64,000 nucleotides of DNA from Klebsormidium nitens (taxonomy: Eukaryota; Plantae; Klebsormidiophyceae), in NCBI GenBank assembly GCA_000708835.1, contig DF237237.1, positions 46,751 to 110,750 of the forward strand, written 5' to 3'. How positions within the stretch are numbered: the first letter of the stretch is position 1; each line of letters starts with the position of its first letter. The translations under genes and the position numbers were made by a program. The notes below the pieces were generated by a model. It did no database searches. It was not told where the DNA came from and saw only the letters and a program-made list of their open reading frames with translations. Shown here in pieces: positions 61,085 to 64,000 of the stretch.

Positions 61085-61099
61085 TTTTTTTTTTTTTTT
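61085..61099 (+). repeat. Poly(dT) tract, 15 nt
   Basis: T15 between a GC-rich motif and MITE 2. Confidence 0.95.
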
Positions 61100-61148
61100 G
61101 ACACTCATATTCAAGCGCTACATGAGCATCGGACTAAGACACAGTATA

Positions 61149-61422
61149 CCGTAGTGGCACGGGAATTCGCGGGAAAATAATCCGAAAAGGAGCGACGCGA
61201 AAAAAACGGTAAAATGCGGACCCAGTCCGCGAAAATGTCGAGAAATTAGAGACTGACAGCAGCAAGCAGAAAAGGCCTAAAATTAAGCAAATAAGCCCTA
61301 GTTTGGGTGCTTATAGGCTGACCGCGAAAATGTGAAAAATTGCTCAAGTTGCCCGCAAAAATGTAAAAAGATCGAAAATAATCATTCGCGGCGCCAGACC
61401 GCGAATTCCCGTGCCACTACGG
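61149..61422. mobile_element. MITE 2 (274 bp), Tc1/mariner-pogo-like: 24-bp perfect TIR, TA (TATA) flanks
   Basis: CCGTAGTGGCACGGGAATTCGCGG at 61149-61172 is the exact reverse complement of 61399-61422. TATA lies at 61145-61148 and 61423-61426. The interior is A-rich and non-coding. Confidence 0.9.
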
Positions 61423-61661
61423 TATACAGTCTAGACTGGCTCGACAACACTTGACCATTTGTCAACTGGCTCAACTGAGCTTTAGAGGTCTTCTTCGATC
61501 AAAGGCGCATTGCTCTGGTGAATGGGTGCCCAGAGATTGGATCTGCGCAGATCGCTGTGGGTGGAGCTGCAAAGCAAAGATTGAGGGCTTGCACTTGTTC
61601 TTAGGGGCGCTGCGTTCAGTTCACCTCCCTTATATATCACTTGGTAAAGGTCAGTTACACC

Positions 61662-64000
61662 ATGTTTGATTGCATCTGTGGTTCAGCTTTTCCTACGGTG
61701 CAGCAGCTTAGCAACCACCGCCGTAGTAGCACACGGTGTGGTGCTCAAAACCTAGCCAAGCGCCCAAGGTTGGACTCAGCGGCTGCTCAAACCGTAAGGG
61801 CACAGCATTTGACAAGTGGTCTTGCTGCAGGTCAATGGGGACCTCCTCCGCTGGCTGCAGGCAGCCCAGGCATGCCAGCATTTGAGCAGTTTGCAGATCC
61901 GCCGAGCGTAATCTCGATTGAGCAGCATTCTCGATTTCAGGACGCACTTGATGGTTATGAAGATCCGCTGCCAATGTCCGCAGGGAACGGCGGCGTGCCT
62001 CTTCAGGATCAGAGCTGCTCTTCAGCTCCTGCGCTGGGAGCCTTTAATCCAAGCAAAGCGATGCTGGATTTTCTTACAAATGCCTGCCAGGGCAGAGGGC
62101 TCTCCAACTCGGACATTGACTGGTTGCTGGGGATCATTTTCCATCCCGACTTCGACAGGACAGAACTGAGGTTTCGAAATGCAAAAGAGTTTCGCAAGTT
62201 CCAAGACGGCCTCCAGGCGATTCAGAATGCCATGGCAGCAATGGAGCTGGACGGTTTGGTGCCAGATGAGAAGGTAAGCTGCGGATCTGATACTACAAGT
62301 TGTCACTGCAGTTTGCGTGGAAATCATGCTGCTCAATAGGTATCACCTAGGTATCACCTTTTCAGTGTTTGCATGAACACTCATGCTTTTGGTACTTGAA
62401 GTGTCTCATGTCTGCAAAGTATTTTAGCTCGGTCGTTGGTTCTTCCGGGCGTCCGCCAATGCAGATTTTCGTTTTGTGGGCAGGGGTGGTATTCTCGGAA
62501 CATGAGACAGGACGGCGATCACCAAGACCTTATTTTCCGGTGGAGAAACCCTGTTGAGGTGGTCCGGAAGCTTTACGGCAATCGTCGGTTCCGGGGGGCA
62601 TTTAAAGTATACGCCAGGCCTATCTATAACAGGGAAGGAAAGAGATGTTTTACCGATGCGGCTTCCGCAGGTTGGTGGCTTCGCTTGCAGGTAAAAATTG
62701 TTGGACAAGCACTCCTGGTTCCACCATGCAGAAGTTTGCTCTGATTGCGTTGAGCCACTTTTCTGGTCCTACGAATGTACTGCGCATTGTCTGAAGTGCG
62801 TAAAGCCACTCGCAACAGTCTTAAAAGTTCTTGTCATGATTTGTCGCTATTGCCTTCCTTATGTGCTTTGGATCGTCCCCATTGGTTGGGAGACCTCCTA
62901 TTGCATGAGGTCAGCACGTGTGTGCGACAGAGTCTCCTGTCGCTTTCCTCTGAGTACTTGCTGCAAAATCTTAACTTACAAGGGTTTAATGCGCAGGAAA
63001 GGATCGATGGCGTCGTCGCTGCGGTCGCTATGTACAGCGACCCAACTGCAGTATCAGGTGACATGAGTGTAACAGGGTGGCCGGTCACCCTGACAATCCG
63101 GAACATCGGTTCATCGGTGCAGCACCGCGGGGAGTACGCCGTCTTGGTGGGGGTTGTATCGCAGCTCCAAGAGCTCCCAGAGTTCGGTGCGTCACTGTCA
63201 ACTGGATACTTTTCGCAAACTAATGGAAGACCTTGAAGATTGCTAAGTTGCATCTGAGCATTGTCAGCCTGCACATGGCAAGTTTTTCCATTGAGCTTTT
63301 GCTCCTTTGTCAAGATCTTACCAAGTATTGGCTGCAGCCTGGCCATGCTGTCAAGGTCTGATCCCTTTGCTTCTCTGCTCTCAGGATTCATTGCATCCTC
63401 GCGCGCTTTCAAGGAGCGGCGCTCAACCCTCCTGTGGCAGTGCGAAACACAGATCTTGGCTCTCTTGAAAGCCGCCAGCTCAAGGTCAGTAACACGGTGA
63501 TCAGGGGTTTTTCGGACGAATTTTTCCTGAAAGAAGTGGAGGGTGCGAGGACTGCATCGTCAGTCCAGCCACGGGCGTTAAACTACTACTTTGATCAGGG
63601 ATCTGTTGAACATACTGATGTGGAGGTGGAAGCAAAGTTATCATTCTTGGAGCAAATGGTCAATTCTGGTTCTCAACACCACTGCCTATTCACCAGGTTT
63701 TCTTGGCGTTCGCAGAGGTGTCTTCATGCGAGACCCCTGGGGCGTCCTTCGTAAGGTGTACCCGGGGCTTTACTCGTACAGTTGTGATCTCCAGGAGGCC
63801 TACAAGCTCGGCGTTGTCAAAAGCGGTCGGTGCCTTGACTGTCTGGTTCCTCCGAGCGAGTTGAACGACCTGGAGGGCCGATGGCCCGAGAGATCGGAGG
63901 CCTTCATGGGCAGGGTGGTGGCAGCGTGTACCGCTGCTCTAGAAGAACGAGAGCCGGGGGTGGTTGGTGTGACGATTCGAGTCTATGAATCTTCATATCG
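61662..64000 (+). mobile_element. Plavaka-family DNA transposase gene, intron-containing, 3'-partial
   Basis: Exons 61662-62273 (N-terminal CxC...H...C finger, MFDCICGSAFPTVQQLSNH), 62484-62690 (FRWRNPVEVVRKLYGN...YNREGKRCFTDAASAGWW), about 62996-63187 (AMYSDPT...GWPVTLTIRNI), about 63386-63485 (RRSTLLWQCETQIL), and 63716 onward (DPWGVLRKVYPGLYSYSCDLQE...KSGRCLDCLVP.SELNDL...WPER). These follow the Plavaka motif order. Recognised by eye. Confidence 0.8.

Noticed and set aside
63434-63754. 106-aa plus-strand ORF as part of the transposase
   Set aside because: Mostly intronic. The Plavaka motifs continue via splicing from 63485 to 63716 in other frames.

Overview
Eukaryotic, intron-rich genomic DNA with GT/GC-AG introns of mostly 100-600 nt and two N gaps. 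It looks like a green alga, possibly Klebsormidium-like, but that is inference from gene content and style only. All exon models were built by hand from splice sites and phase continuity. From left to right: (1) a partial multi-exon orphan gene on the minus strand; (2) a 254-bp TA-flanked MITE inside a GTAC-rich tract; (3) a 22.4-kb, about 38-exon gene for a roughly 4,500-aa type-I membrane protein with signal peptide, laminin-IV-like head, 7 filamin-type Ig repeats, a roughly 600-aa Ser/Pro shaft, 20 more filamin-type repeats, 2 IPT/TIG domains, bacterial-adhesin-like cadherin/Ig modules, one TM helix and a tail with NPxW/NPxL motifs; (4) an HLTF/RAD5-type SNF2 helicase (minus) head-to-head with (5) a KDM5-type JmjC demethylase (plus); (6) a 5'-truncated LINE 3' end; (7) plastid omega-6 desaturase FAD6 (minus); (8) an unknown acidic/basic multi-exon gene (minus) divergent from (9) an intron-containing Plavaka-family transposase that runs off the window, with a second MITE between them. 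The best candidates for new biology are the giant adhesin/receptor-like protein and the putative two-gene Plavaka transposon. No rRNA, tRNA or CRISPR array was seen.
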